A DNA stretch of 64,000 nucleotides from Candidatus Brocadiia bacterium (GTDB lineage: Bacteria > Planctomycetota > Brocadiia > CAIUPP01). Below the pieces are notes generated by a model. The model made no database searches. It saw only the letters and a program-made list of their open reading frames with translations, and had not been told where the DNA came from. The translations under genes were made by a program, and so were the position numbers. This document shows, one piece after another, positions 39,217 to 48,655 of the stretch (positions are counted from its first letter, which is position 1; each line of letters opens with the position of its first letter). The DNA is taken from the NCBI GenBank assembly GCA_050015075.1, contig JBEKCB010000004.1, positions 128,001-192,000 on the forward strand, in the 5' to 3' direction.

Positions 39217-39498
39217 CTATTTTCCGAACACCTTGTGAAGTCCGAAGTAGGCGCATACCCCGCAGCCGGCGGACAAGAACATATAAATATACGCTTTCAT
39301 CTGGTCCCACCAGGTTACTTCCGGCTCTTCTTCATCGTCATGGTCGCCCTCAAGTATCGAAAAGATTGTCCTCCTGCGCCGACTGCGGCAGCATTCCCAG
39401 AAATCGTCCATGTCATTGAAGAAGACGTGGAAGAGCGCCCAAGCGACAAGCGCTGTGACTACTATGGATGCCGCGATAATCACCTGCGCTATTCCCAC
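39217..39498 (-). CDS. Small two-TM hypothetical protein
   Basis: 93 aa with two hydrophobic segments. Start overlaps the guaA stop. Confidence 0.6.
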   Translation of the reverse strand: MGIAQVIIAASIVVTALVAWALFHVFFNDMDDFWECCRSRRRRTIFSILEGDHDDEEEPEVTWWDQMKAYIYMFLSAGCGVCAYFGLHKVFGK

Positions 39499-41042
39499 TC
39501 GATGGTGCTCGGCGGCTTGGAGCTGATGTCGTAGACTACGCGGTTGACGCCTTTGACTTCGTTGATGATGCGGTTGCTGATGTGGGCGAGCAGGTCGTAC
39601 GGCAGGCGCGACCAGTCGGCGGTCATGAAGTCCTTCGTCTCGACGGCGCGCACGGCGATGGCGTTCTCGGCGCTGCGCTCGTCGCCCATGACGCCGACGG
39701 ATTTCACCGGTAGCAGGACGGCGAAGCTCTGCGCGACGGCGCGGTAGAGGCCGGCGCGCTTGATCTCCTCGACGACGATGGAGTCCGCCTTGCGCAGGAT
39801 GGCCAGGCGCTCGGGGGTGACTTCGCCGGCGATGCGCACCGCCAGGCCCGGGCCCGGGAACGGCTGCCGCCAGACCATTTCCTCGGGCAGGCCGAGGTCG
39901 AGGCCGATCCGCCTTACCTCGTCCTTGAACAGTTCGCGCAGCGGCTCGATCAACTCGAAGCCGAGTTCCGCCGGCAGGCCGCCGACGTTGTGGTGTGTCT
40001 TGATCGTCGCCGAGGGGCCGCCGATCGGCGAGCGGCTCTCGATCACGTCGGGGTAAAGCGTGCCCTGCGCGAGGAACCGCGCGCCGGGAATCTTTTTCGC
40101 CTTCTCGCGGAAGACCTCGATGAACGTGTGGCCGATGATGCGCCGCTTCTGCTCAGGGTCGGCGACGCCGCGCAGCTTGTCGAGGAAGAGCGCCGCCGAG
40201 TCCGCGACGACCAGGTCCACGCCGAAGTGGTCGCGGAACGTGCTGCGCACGCTCTCGACCTCGTTTTCGCGCATCAGGCCGTTGTCCACGAGGATGCAGT
40301 GCAGCCGGTCGCCGATCGCCTTGTGGACGAGCATGGCGACGACGGAGGAGTCCACGCCGCCGGAGAGCCCGCAGACGACGTGCCCGTCGCCGACTTTCCC
40401 GCGGCAGGCGGCGACGGCGCTCTCGATGAACGCGGCCATCTGCCAGTCGCCGCTGCAGCCGCAGACCGCGCGAAGGAAATTGCGCAGGATGTCGTTGCCG
40501 AGCGGCGTGTGCGAGACTTCGGGATGGAACTGCACGCCGTAGAACTCGGAGCCGCGGTGCCGCACGGCGGCGTAGGGACAAGTGGCGGTCTGGCCGAGCG
40601 GGATGAACTCCTCCGAGATCGCGTTGACCTGGTCGCCGTGGCTGTTCCAGACGATCAGCTCGCTCGGCAGGCCGGCGAAGAGCTTGTCGCTGTCGAGGAC
40701 GCGCAGCGTCGTCCGGCCGTACTCGCGCGCGGGCGTGGGCTTCACGTCGCCGCCGAGCAGCAGCGAGCCGAGTTGCATGCCGTAGCAGATGCCGAGGATC
40801 GGGATGCCCAGCCGCAGGATTTCCGGGTCGCAGCGCGGCGCCTTCTCCGCGTAAACGCTCGCCGGCCCGCCGGAGAAGATCAGCCCTTTCGGCGCGCGGC
40901 GGCGGATTTCGGCGGCGGAGATGGTGAACGGGACGATCTCCGAGTACACCTGCAACTCGCGCACGCGGCGCGCGATGAGCTGCACATACTGCGAGCCGAA
41001 ATCCAGGATCAGAACGGTCTCATGCGAGACGGCTGCTTTCAC
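39489..41042 (-). CDS. guaA: GMP synthase (glutamine-hydrolysing)
   Basis: [42 protein letters not shown]. Confidence 0.98.
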   Translation of the reverse strand: MKAAVSHETVLILDFGSQYVQLIARRVRELQVYSEIVPFTISAAEIRRRAPKGLIFSGGPASVYAEKAPRCDPEILRLGIPILGICYGMQLGSLLLGGDVKPTPAREYGRTTLRVLDSDKLFAGLPSELIVWNSHGDQVNAISEEFIPLGQTATCPYAAVRHRGSEFYGVQFHPEVSHTPLGNDILRNFLRAVCGCSGDWQMAAFIESAVAACRGKVGDGHVVCGLSGGVDSSVVAMLVHKAIGDRLHCILVDNGLMRENEVESVRSTFRDHFGVDLVVADSAALFLDKLRGVADPEQKRRIIGHTFIEVFREKAKKIPGARFLAQGTLYPDVIESRSPIGGPSATIKTHHNVGGLPAELGFELIEPLRELFKDEVRRIGLDLGLPEEMVWRQPFPGPGLAVRIAGEVTPERLAILRKADSIVVEEIKRAGLYRAVAQSFAVLLPVKSVGVMGDERSAENAIAVRAVETKDFMTADWSRLPYDLLAHISNRIINEVKGVNRVVYDISSKPPSTIEWE

Positions 41043-41319
41043 GGCATCCTCGTCGAAGCCAGAATGATGAGTCATAAAAGATACGCGCGCCGATTATATG
41101 GCCGGCCGGCGCGCGGCGTCAACACGGGTCAGCGCGCGGGCGCTCGATTCCGCTGAATCCTGCGCGCCGGGACTGCTCATTCCGGGCGTCACGGCAGGCT
41201 AAATTTGCATTTTTGAGGCGAAAAGCGTTTAATTCCCTGGAAATGTCGGGGGCGGAAAACCCGCTGACGGGTGTAAGCGGGCGCGGACTGCTTCCGGGGT
41301 TCTTATGCGGAGGGTCGGT

Positions 41320-41859
41320 ATGCGTTACTTGCGGGCGTTGGCCATTGCCGTCGTCATGCTGCCGTTGGTGGCGGGAACCGGGTGCGTCACCAGGCAGACG
41401 TACGACACGGACATTCAGGTCGAGCGCGACAAGACGGTCAAGGCCATGAAGGAACGCGACCAGGCCAAGATTGACCTGAAGAAGGCCAATGACACCATCG
41501 CCGATCTGACCCAGAAGGTCGCCTCGGTCTCCAAGCTCCAGGACCAACTCGCCGACGCGCAGAAACGCGCGGAGATCGCCGAGGCCTCGGTCAAGACCGA
41601 GGTGGATAAGGCGAAGAAGGCGCAGGCAACCGCCGATCAGGAGAAGAGCCGCGCGTCCAGCCGCACCACGGCCGCGGAGCTGACCAAGGCGCGTGAGGAG
41701 ATCGTGACGTTGAAGAAGGAAGTGGAAAAGCTGAAGAAAGAGATGAAAGAGCCGAAAGAGACGAAAGAGCCGAGGCCGATGCCGCCTCCGCCGGCGGCGC
41801 CGCCTGCTCCGCCGGTCGCGCCGGTCACGCCGGTCACCCCTGCTGCTCCGCCCAGATAA
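41320..41859 (+). CDS. Coiled-coil lipoprotein with Pro-rich tail
   Basis: Lipobox-like AGTG-C followed by VTRQTYDTD, then heptad-rich helix. Confidence 0.8.
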   Translation: MRYLRALAIAVVMLPLVAGTGCVTRQTYDTDIQVERDKTVKAMKERDQAKIDLKKANDTIADLTQKVASVSKLQDQLADAQKRAEIAEASVKTEVDKAKKAQATADQEKSRASSRTTAAELTKAREEIVTLKKEVEKLKKEMKEPKETKEPRPMPPPPAAPPAPPVAPVTPVTPAAPPR

Positions 41860-41885
41860 ACTTTACTTGTCGTTCGGGATAGCTG

Positions 41886-41928
41886 ACCGGCCACGCGAGC
41901 CACGCGCTTGTGTGGCCGGTTTCTTATT
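41886..41928 (+). terminator. Possible intrinsic terminator/hairpin between the lipoprotein paralogs
   Basis: ACCGGCCACGCGAGC-N5-GCTTGTGTGGCCGGT followed by TTCTTATT. Confidence 0.5.
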
Positions 41929-41941
41929 GGGAGGCGCTGAG

Positions 41942-42493
41942 ATGCGGCATTCGCAGACATGGGCCGTCACGGCCGTTGCAGCGGCGCTGATGATGGGCGC
42001 CGGTTGCGTAACGCGAAGCACGTACAATCACGACCTGGCAATCGAGCGGTCCAGGACCGAGGCCGAGCGGCTGAAGACCGCCGCCGTGCAGGAGAAGCTC
42101 GACCAGGCCAACCAGGACGTCAAGAAGGCGTGGGACGCCATCGCGCAGAAGGCGGCCGACTACACGACCAACCAGAAAGCCGCCGACGACGCGCGCCGGC
42201 AGCTTGCCGGCCTGAGACAGCAGATTGATCAACTCAAGAATGCGGAAAAGACCACCAAGGCGACGACGGACAAGGCGAACAGCGACGCGGCGGAGAAGCT
42301 GAAGAAGCTGCAGGACCAGTTCGACGCGGCGCAGAAGGAAAACGCCGATCTTCACGAGCTTGCCGAGAAGCAGAAGGCGCAGATTGCGGACCTCCAGGCG
42401 CGGCTCGGAGAGAACGGCTCCCCGGTGCGCCCGCCGATCCATACGGCGCCGATGATGCCGGCGACCGGCGCTCCGGCGCCGGCGGGGACATGA
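41942..42493 (+). CDS. Coiled-coil lipoprotein, paralog of the upstream gene
   Basis: MGAG-C followed by VTRSTYNHD. GGAGG RBS. Confidence 0.8.
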   Translation: MRHSQTWAVTAVAAALMMGAGCVTRSTYNHDLAIERSRTEAERLKTAAVQEKLDQANQDVKKAWDAIAQKAADYTTNQKAADDARRQLAGLRQQIDQLKNAEKTTKATTDKANSDAAEKLKKLQDQFDAAQKENADLHELAEKQKAQIADLQARLGENGSPVRPPIHTAPMMPATGAPAPAGT

Positions 42494-42499
42494 GGCGGG

Positions 42500-43114
42500 T
42501 TACCAGTAGATGTACCGCTGGAATTCCGTCCGCTCCTTCGGCGTGAGCTTGTCGAGGTCCGGGATCAAGTAGCGGTTGTTTTCGAGGCTGATCAGGACCT
42601 TGCCTCGCTGTCCGTAATCCACGGCGCGGTCCTGCGACCAGCGCATGTAGAAACTCGACGGCCCCTTGTCGGTCTCCACCTGGAACGCGACGAGGCCGTA
42701 CTTCCAGCCGACCTCGACGATGGCGGTGATGGTGTGGATGAAGTAGCGCCGCGCCAGCGCCTGCCGGACGAGATCCTGCGCCGGCGGCGGGAACGCGTCG
42801 AGGTCGCGGATGAGGCCGATCTCCACTTCCTGCTCGCCCACGCTCTGCAGCAGCGAAATATAGCCGCCCGGATACGCCACGGGAAAGGCGTACGCGGCGT
42901 ACACGCCGCCGTAGATGTCCTCGTTCAGAACCGTCACGTGCAGCGCGCCCAGGTTGCCCAGGTGGATGCGGCACATGTCGGGCGTGAGGAACCGCGTCCG
43001 CGTCGGGTCCAGTCCCGTCGGCGCGCACTCGGCGTCCATGTTCTTCACTTCAGGCGGCGTTGCCACTCCGGCCACTCCTTCTAGCACAACGGCCATGACG
43101 ACGGCGAAACTCAC
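42500..43114 (-). CDS. DUF1854-like protein
   Basis: AFPV..P.GYISL, EIGLI.DL, L.RRYF...I..I, VETDKG, and RYLIPD...L. Coupled to the ABC gene. Confidence 0.75.
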   Translation of the reverse strand: MSFAVVMAVVLEGVAGVATPPEVKNMDAECAPTGLDPTRTRFLTPDMCRIHLGNLGALHVTVLNEDIYGGVYAAYAFPVAYPGGYISLLQSVGEQEVEIGLIRDLDAFPPPAQDLVRQALARRYFIHTITAIVEVGWKYGLVAFQVETDKGPSSFYMRWSQDRAVDYGQRGKVLISLENNRYLIPDLDKLTPKERTEFQRYIYW

Positions 43115-45402
43115 TTCTTCCCGCTGGCCACGACCTGGTCCACGTTCGGCTCGCGCGAAAGCTCGGTCTGGATTTTCACCAGCCGGTAGTACATCCCGCC
43201 GAGCGCCAGCAGTTCCTCGTGGGTCCCCTGCTCGATGATCCGGCCCTCGTCCACGACGATGATGCGGTCGGAGTTCTTCAGCGTGCTGAGCCGGTGGGCG
43301 ATGGCGATCGTCGTCCGCCCCTGCGTCACGCGCGCGAGCGCCTCCTGGATGAGCTGCTCGCTCTCCGTGTCCACGTTGCTGGTGGCTTCGTCGAGGACGA
43401 GGATTTTCGGATCGTAGAGGAGCGCGCGCGCGATGGAGATGCGCTGCCGCTCGCCGCCGGAGAGTCCGGCGCCGCGCTCGCCGATGTAGGTGTCGTAGCC
43501 GAGCGCGTGGCGGATGATGAAATTGTGCGCGTTGGCCGCCTTGGAGGCGGTCAGCACCTGCTCGGGCGTCGCGTCGTGCCGGCCGTAAGTGATGTTCTCG
43601 TAGATCGTCCCGCGGAACAGGAAAGGCTCCTGCAGCACGATGCCGACGGTGCGGTTGAGGTCGCGCGCTTCAATGTCGCGCACATCGGCGCCGTCCACGA
43701 GCACCACGCCCTCGTCCACGTCGTAGAAGCGGGCGAGCAGGTTGATGAGCGTCGTCTTGCCCGACCCGCTCTTGCCGACGATGCCGATCCGCTCGGCGGG
43801 CTTGATCTCGAGCGAGACGTTCTTGATGACCGGCTCGTGCCGGCTGTAGCCGAACGTCACGTTCTTGAACGACACCGCGCCCTGCGGCTCGGCCAGCCGC
43901 ATGGGCTTCTCGGCCAGCATGATCTGCGGCGACGTGTCGAGGATCTCGAAGGTCCGCTGCGCGGCGGTCAGGAAGCGCGTAAACCAGTCGGTCAACTGCG
44001 TCATGTACGTCAGCGGCGCGTAGAACATTCCCAGGTATGCGAAGAACGCCATCAGGTCGCCGAGCGTCAGCCCCCGTTTGGCGATGACGTCGCGGCCGCC
44101 GACGTCCCAGACGATAAGGCTGCCTAACGCGAAGATCAATCCCATCGCCGGGTTGAAGAGGCTCGTCGCGTATTCGACCCGGCGCGACGAGTCGCGCACG
44201 TACGCGCTCGAACGCGCGAAGCGCGCCTCCTCGTGCGGCTCCTGGCCGAACGCCTTGACGACGCGGATGCCCGAGAGCACCGAGCCGAACGCGCCCATCA
44301 TCCGGCTGCCGCTGTCCCAGACGCGGAAGTACCGCGGGTAAACGCGCTTCCAGTAGAAGATGCTGGCGATGACCACCAGCGGCGCGGGCAGCAGCGTCCA
44401 CAACGCCAGTTTCCACGAGATGCTGAACAGCATCAGGCCGGTGACGATCACCATCAGGATCTGCGCCAGGAAGCCCTGCGTGGCCTGCCGCACGAAGTCG
44501 CGCATCGCGTCCGTGTCGTTGCCCATGCGGCTGATGAGATGCCCGACGCTGTGCCGGTCGTAGTAGTCCACGCTCAACTGCGTCAGCTTCTTGAAGAGCG
44601 CGTTGCGCAGGCCGTTGGTGACCTCGGTGCCGACGAAGCTGCTCAACCGGCCGTTGATGGCGTTGCCGATGGCCGTCAGGACCAGGACCCCGAACAGGCA
44701 GGCCACCAGGCGTATGAGCGAGGCGGTGCGCGCCGCCTTGTCCACCGAGGGGTTGTTGAGCACGTCGTCCACGAGGATTTTCGTCAGCCGCGGCGGCACC
44801 ATCTGGAGGGCGATGACCACAAACAGCACGACCAGCATCAACGCGGCCCAACCGCGATACGGCCTCATGAGCGCCAGCACGCGCGAGAGCACTTTGCCCC
44901 GGTCCACGCAGCGCCGGCAGAGTTCGCCCTTGTGCTCAAGGGTCAGCCCGCACTTCGGGCACTTGCGCGGATCGTAATCGTCGTCCGGGCCGACCTCCAC
45001 CGGTTCGTTAGCGAGCCACTTCTTCAGCTTGGTGGCGACTTTGTGGAAGGTGTCCGCGCTGGCGTTCGAATAGGCGAGGATCTCGACATAGACGCCCTCG
45101 ACGCGCGCGTCCATGAACCCGCCGCCGATGCCCTGCCGCGTGCGGATTTCGGTGATGTCCTGGCGCGCCAGCGCGATCCGCACCGCCTTCGGGCTTTTCG
45201 CCGTCGGCCGGCCGACCGTGAGCAGCCGGTTCGGCTCGGCCAGCAGGAACACCTGCTCATAGTTGCCGGAGAGGTTCAGGTCCGTCTCCGTGCACAGCCA
45301 CGTCCCGCCCGGATCCACGCCCTCGCTGCGGAGCAGATCGGCCAGGTCTTTCGGGAGGTCCCGATTCAGCAGAACCGAACGGCCTTCAGACATCATTATC
45401 AA
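43111..45402 (-). CDS. ABC exporter (fused TM plus ATPase) with N-terminal extension
   Basis: GKSGSGKT, LSGGERQR, DEATS, IAHRLST. N-terminal CPKC..CRRC. Confidence 0.93.
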   Translation of the reverse strand: MIMMSEGRSVLLNRDLPKDLADLLRSEGVDPGGTWLCTETDLNLSGNYEQVFLLAEPNRLLTVGRPTAKSPKAVRIALARQDITEIRTRQGIGGGFMDARVEGVYVEILAYSNASADTFHKVATKLKKWLANEPVEVGPDDDYDPRKCPKCGLTLEHKGELCRRCVDRGKVLSRVLALMRPYRGWAALMLVVLFVVIALQMVPPRLTKILVDDVLNNPSVDKAARTASLIRLVACLFGVLVLTAIGNAINGRLSSFVGTEVTNGLRNALFKKLTQLSVDYYDRHSVGHLISRMGNDTDAMRDFVRQATQGFLAQILMVIVTGLMLFSISWKLALWTLLPAPLVVIASIFYWKRVYPRYFRVWDSGSRMMGAFGSVLSGIRVVKAFGQEPHEEARFARSSAYVRDSSRRVEYATSLFNPAMGLIFALGSLIVWDVGGRDVIAKRGLTLGDLMAFFAYLGMFYAPLTYMTQLTDWFTRFLTAAQRTFEILDTSPQIMLAEKPMRLAEPQGAVSFKNVTFGYSRHEPVIKNVSLEIKPAERIGIVGKSGSGKTTLINLLARFYDVDEGVVLVDGADVRDIEARDLNRTVGIVLQEPFLFRGTIYENITYGRHDATPEQVLTASKAANAHNFIIRHALGYDTYIGERGAGLSGGERQRISIARALLYDPKILVLDEATSNVDTESEQLIQEALARVTQGRTTIAIAHRLSTLKNSDRIIVVDEGRIIEQGTHEELLALGGMYYRLVKIQTELSREPNVDQVVASGKK

Positions 45403-45577
45403 CTTCCTTGTCGGCGGTCAGAATGCACTGCGTGTCCCCGGGCGCCGGGCCCCATAGATGGGGTATTTTACCGCGTTCGACGAATCTGCGCAAGATTAGC
45501 GCAGTTCGGCTGGGGAAAAGCGCCGCGGATAGCAGATGGAGTCGGTCACCGGAGGCGCGAAGGCGGTCTGAGAAAGA

Positions 45578-45652
45578 TGGAGCCAGAGGTGGGAATCGAA
45601 CCCACAACATCCGCTTTACGAAAGCGGCGCTCTACCATTGAGCCACTCTGGC
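45578..45652 (-). tRNA. tRNA-Thr (CGT)
   Basis: GCCAGAGTGGCTCAATGGTAGAGCGCCGCTTTCGTAAAGCGGATGTTGTGGGTTCGATTCCCACCTCTGGCTCCA. Forms a cloverleaf with encoded CCA. Confidence 0.96.
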
Positions 45653-45712
45653 TCTCGGCCTTATCCGGGCGAAGAGTATAGCAAGCGCGTTTCTCGCGCG
45701 CAACGGCACCGC

Positions 45713-45778
45713 GACGATAGACTATGGACGATGGACGATACGCCACGGTAGCGCGTCTATCGTCCATCGTCCGTCGTC
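45713..45778. repeat. Inverted heptamer tandem repeat (GACGATR)
   Basis: gacgatagactatggacgatggacgata followed by tctatcgtccatcgtccgtcgtc. Confidence 0.88.
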
Positions 45779-46632
45779 TCACGTTGCAGCACCTCCGCCA
45801 GCAGCTTGATCAGCCGCGCGGTGAGCGGGCCGATACGACCGTCGCCGATGGGCTTGCCGTCTACGCGGACGACGGGGCACACGTCCGCCGTGGTGCCGGT
45901 GAGGAACGCTTCTTCCGCCGCGAAGAGTTCCGCCTTGCTGAAGGCGCGCTCGGCGGCGGGAATACCGTGCGTTCGGGCCAGGTCGAGCACGACGTTCCGC
46001 GTCACGCCGGGCAGGACGTGGCCGTCCACCGGATGCGTCCGCAGGCTCCCGCCGATGACCACGAAGAGGTTCGACACCGCGCCTTCGTGCACCGTCCCGT
46101 CCTGCCCGACCAGGATCGCCTCGAACGCGCCCGCGTCGGTCGCCTGCCGCTTGGCCAGCGTGTTCGCCAGCAGCATCGAGGTCTTGATGTTGCACCGCTG
46201 CCAGCGCAGGTCCTCCACGGTCGCCACCGAGACGCCGCCCGGATATTTGCGCGGCCACGCCGGCACTTCGCTGGTCTGGATGAAGGCGAAGACGTTCGGC
46301 GCGATATCCTTCGGCGGCACGTGCGCGCGCATCGCCGCGCCGTGCGTGACCTGGATGTACACCAGTCCCGACTTCACGCCGTTGCGCCTCGCCAGTTCGG
46401 TCAGAATCGCCTCGTACTGGCTTGCGGAGAACGGGACCGGGATCCCGAGCGCCTTCAAGCCGTTTGACATGCGCGCGTAATGATCGCCGACGCGGAAGAG
46501 CCGCCCGTTGTTGACGCGCAGCGCCTCGTACACGGCGTCGCCGAAAAGCAGGCCGCGGTCGAGAATCGAAATCTTCGCATCCGCCAGGTCGCAGAATTCG
46601 CCGTTCACGTAGCCGGTTGCGGTCGTTTTCAT
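45757..46632 (-). CDS. dat: D-amino-acid aminotransferase (class IV PLP)
   Basis: DRGLLFGDAVYE, RWQRCNIKT, EGAVSN, LPGVTR. Confidence 0.85.
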   Translation of the reverse strand: MKTTATGYVNGEFCDLADAKISILDRGLLFGDAVYEALRVNNGRLFRVGDHYARMSNGLKALGIPVPFSASQYEAILTELARRNGVKSGLVYIQVTHGAAMRAHVPPKDIAPNVFAFIQTSEVPAWPRKYPGGVSVATVEDLRWQRCNIKTSMLLANTLAKRQATDAGAFEAILVGQDGTVHEGAVSNLFVVIGGSLRTHPVDGHVLPGVTRNVVLDLARTHGIPAAERAFSKAELFAAEEAFLTGTTADVCPVVRVDGKPIGDGRIGPLTARLIKLLAEVLQRETTDDGR

Positions 46633-46705
46633 TGGGGATCTTTCCGTTCAGAATTCAATATGCGGGAAGTCTATTGCATGCGCGCGGATTTATCAAGCAA
46701 GGCGT

Positions 46706-46813
46706 GACGATTGACGATAGACGATGGACGATGGATTCGCAAGCGGGTGTGATCCTCCATCGTCTATCGTCCCTCGTCCATCGTCCATCGTCTATCGTCC
46801 ATCGTCCATCGTC
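46706..46813. repeat. Inverted heptamer tandem repeat (GACGATR), longest copy
   Basis: About four units, a spacer, then about eight inverted units. Confidence 0.92.
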
Positions 46814-48567
46814 TCTTCTTTCCGGAACACCGCCGCAAGAATCAGCCCGGCCAGCGCGGCCATGCAGGCCCACGCGAACAGGTCGCCATGTGCAGTGTAG
46901 AAACTCTTCAGTTTCGTCATGGACAGGTTCCCGATCAGGGTGCCGGCCACTTCGCGATATCGGCCGTCGGGCAGGACGATTCGCTCCGTGATCCGCCCAT
47001 CGGGCGCGATCAGCGCGGAGATGCCCGTGTTGGCGCAGCGCGCGATCGGCACGCGGTTCTCCACCGCCCGGAACGTGCAGGCCGCCAGGTGCTCGTCCAG
47101 CTCCGTGCTGTTCCGGAACCAGCCGTCGTTGGTGATGTTCACCATGAACTCGGCTCCGTCGGCGACGAACTTGCTGAAGAGGTCGGCCACGGAGTCCTCG
47201 TAGCAGATCGTCACGCCGAACTTCATCTCCCTGCCCTGAGCTGTTGTCGAGGGGCCGCCCTGAGCCGTTGTCGAAGGGGCCTGCACGGGCAGGTCGAAGA
47301 GCTGCCGCAGCTTGCCGGGAGTCAGGTCCGGTCCCATCACCTCGGGCCGGAAGAAGCTGAGGAACGGCAGCACGTCGGTCAGCGGCGTGTACTCGCCGAA
47401 GATGACGAGGTGGATTTTGTCGTAGCGCCCGGCGATGCGCCCCTGCGGCGTGATGAAGTACGCGCTGTTGCAGCGGCGGAGCGGCTCGTGGAACGTCATC
47501 GCCGTCGAGCCGACCAGCATATACGCGTCCACCGCGCGGGCCGCGCCGATCAACTCCTTCCGGCACTGCGTCAGAAAGCCGGCGTACTCGCGCTTGTCTT
47601 CCTCCGGCTGGGCGGCGAGCCGCGCGATGAACTCCTCGTCGTAGGCCACGTTCATCGGCGGCGGAAAGATCGTCTCCGGCCAGATCACCAGCGCCACGTG
47701 TTGGCCGATCGCCGCCCTGGAAAGCTCGACGTGGCGCCGCAGGTATTCGATCTGGTCCGCGAGCGACGGCGTGTCTTTGAGATCCTGCGGCACGTTCCCC
47801 TGGACGAGTTCCACTTTCGGCCCCGGCTCCGGCCGGAGCGCGCGCATCCGGCTCCAGCCGTACCCGAGCGCCGCCGCCACGAGCGCCACCGCGACCGCGC
47901 AGGAAATCATGATCCGACGCCGGCGGCTCGTCCTGGACTCCGCATTCCCGCCTTCGCCCATTCGGCTGCGCTCAGGGCTGCGGCGGGCAAGCCCCACTCC
48001 GCCGTCCGCCATCCGCGCTTCGCACTCGATAAGGATATCCGCCAGGCAGCCGTTCACGAGAGCGATCAGGAACGTGACGCCGTAAACTCCGGTGATGTCC
48101 GCGACCTGGACGATCGGCAGATAACGATATTGCGTGTGCGCGAGCAGGTAGAACGAGAAGCCGGTGAGGAAATTGCAGCGGATGAACTCGAACGCCGCGA
48201 ACGTCACCGGCGCGGTCAGCGCGAAAGGCAGCCCGCGGCGCTTCAGCCGGCGCAGCAGCCACGTCGCGGCCGGCCAGTACAGCGCGCAATAGAGCGCCAG
48301 CGTCACCCAGCCTTCCGGTCCGACGAACCGGATCCACTGCAGCAGCGCGATGAACAGCGCGTACCCCGCCAGGAGCGACCAGAGCCAGGCCCGGCGCGAC
48401 GCGCTCCGCCCCGCCATCACCAGCCACGGCGTCAGCGCCACCCACGCCAGAAAGCCGCAGTCCAGCGGCGGAAACGCCGCCCAGATCAGCGCGGCCGACC
48501 CGAACGTCAGGAGCGCGGTCGTCAGGTGCCTCTTGAGAAATCCCAAATTCCGATCTCCATGGTCCAT
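46792..48567 (-). CDS. lnt: Apolipoprotein N-acyltransferase
   Basis: VQGNV, IWPET, YDKIHLVIFGEY, ICYED, NITNDGWF, RAVEN, ANTGIS. Confidence 0.95.
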   Translation of the reverse strand: MDHGDRNLGFLKRHLTTALLTFGSAALIWAAFPPLDCGFLAWVALTPWLVMAGRSASRRAWLWSLLAGYALFIALLQWIRFVGPEGWVTLALYCALYWPAATWLLRRLKRRGLPFALTAPVTFAAFEFIRCNFLTGFSFYLLAHTQYRYLPIVQVADITGVYGVTFLIALVNGCLADILIECEARMADGGVGLARRSPERSRMGEGGNAESRTSRRRRIMISCAVAVALVAAALGYGWSRMRALRPEPGPKVELVQGNVPQDLKDTPSLADQIEYLRRHVELSRAAIGQHVALVIWPETIFPPPMNVAYDEEFIARLAAQPEEDKREYAGFLTQCRKELIGAARAVDAYMLVGSTAMTFHEPLRRCNSAYFITPQGRIAGRYDKIHLVIFGEYTPLTDVLPFLSFFRPEVMGPDLTPGKLRQLFDLPVQAPSTTAQGGPSTTAQGREMKFGVTICYEDSVADLFSKFVADGAEFMVNITNDGWFRNSTELDEHLAACTFRAVENRVPIARCANTGISALIAPDGRITERIVLPDGRYREVAGTLIGNLSMTKLKSFYTAHGDLFAWACMAALAGLILAAVFRKEETMDDGR

Positions 48568-48578
48568 GCGACGCAGTG

Positions 48579-48622
48579 AAAAAGGCGCGGGGCAGGCGAT
48601 TGTCTCCAACCTCCTGCCCCGC
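48579..48622 (-). terminator. Possible terminator after the prepilin-like gene
   Basis: GCGGGGCAGG/CCTGCCCCGC stem followed by a T run on the minus strand. The loop is large. Confidence 0.35.
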
Positions 48623-48655
48623 TCCGAGAACCGCCGTCATGTTCTCAGCGTGGCA

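Noticed and set aside
45578-45652. tRNA as an island attachment site
   Set aside because: No integrase is nearby, and I saw no duplicated tRNA 3' end in the window.
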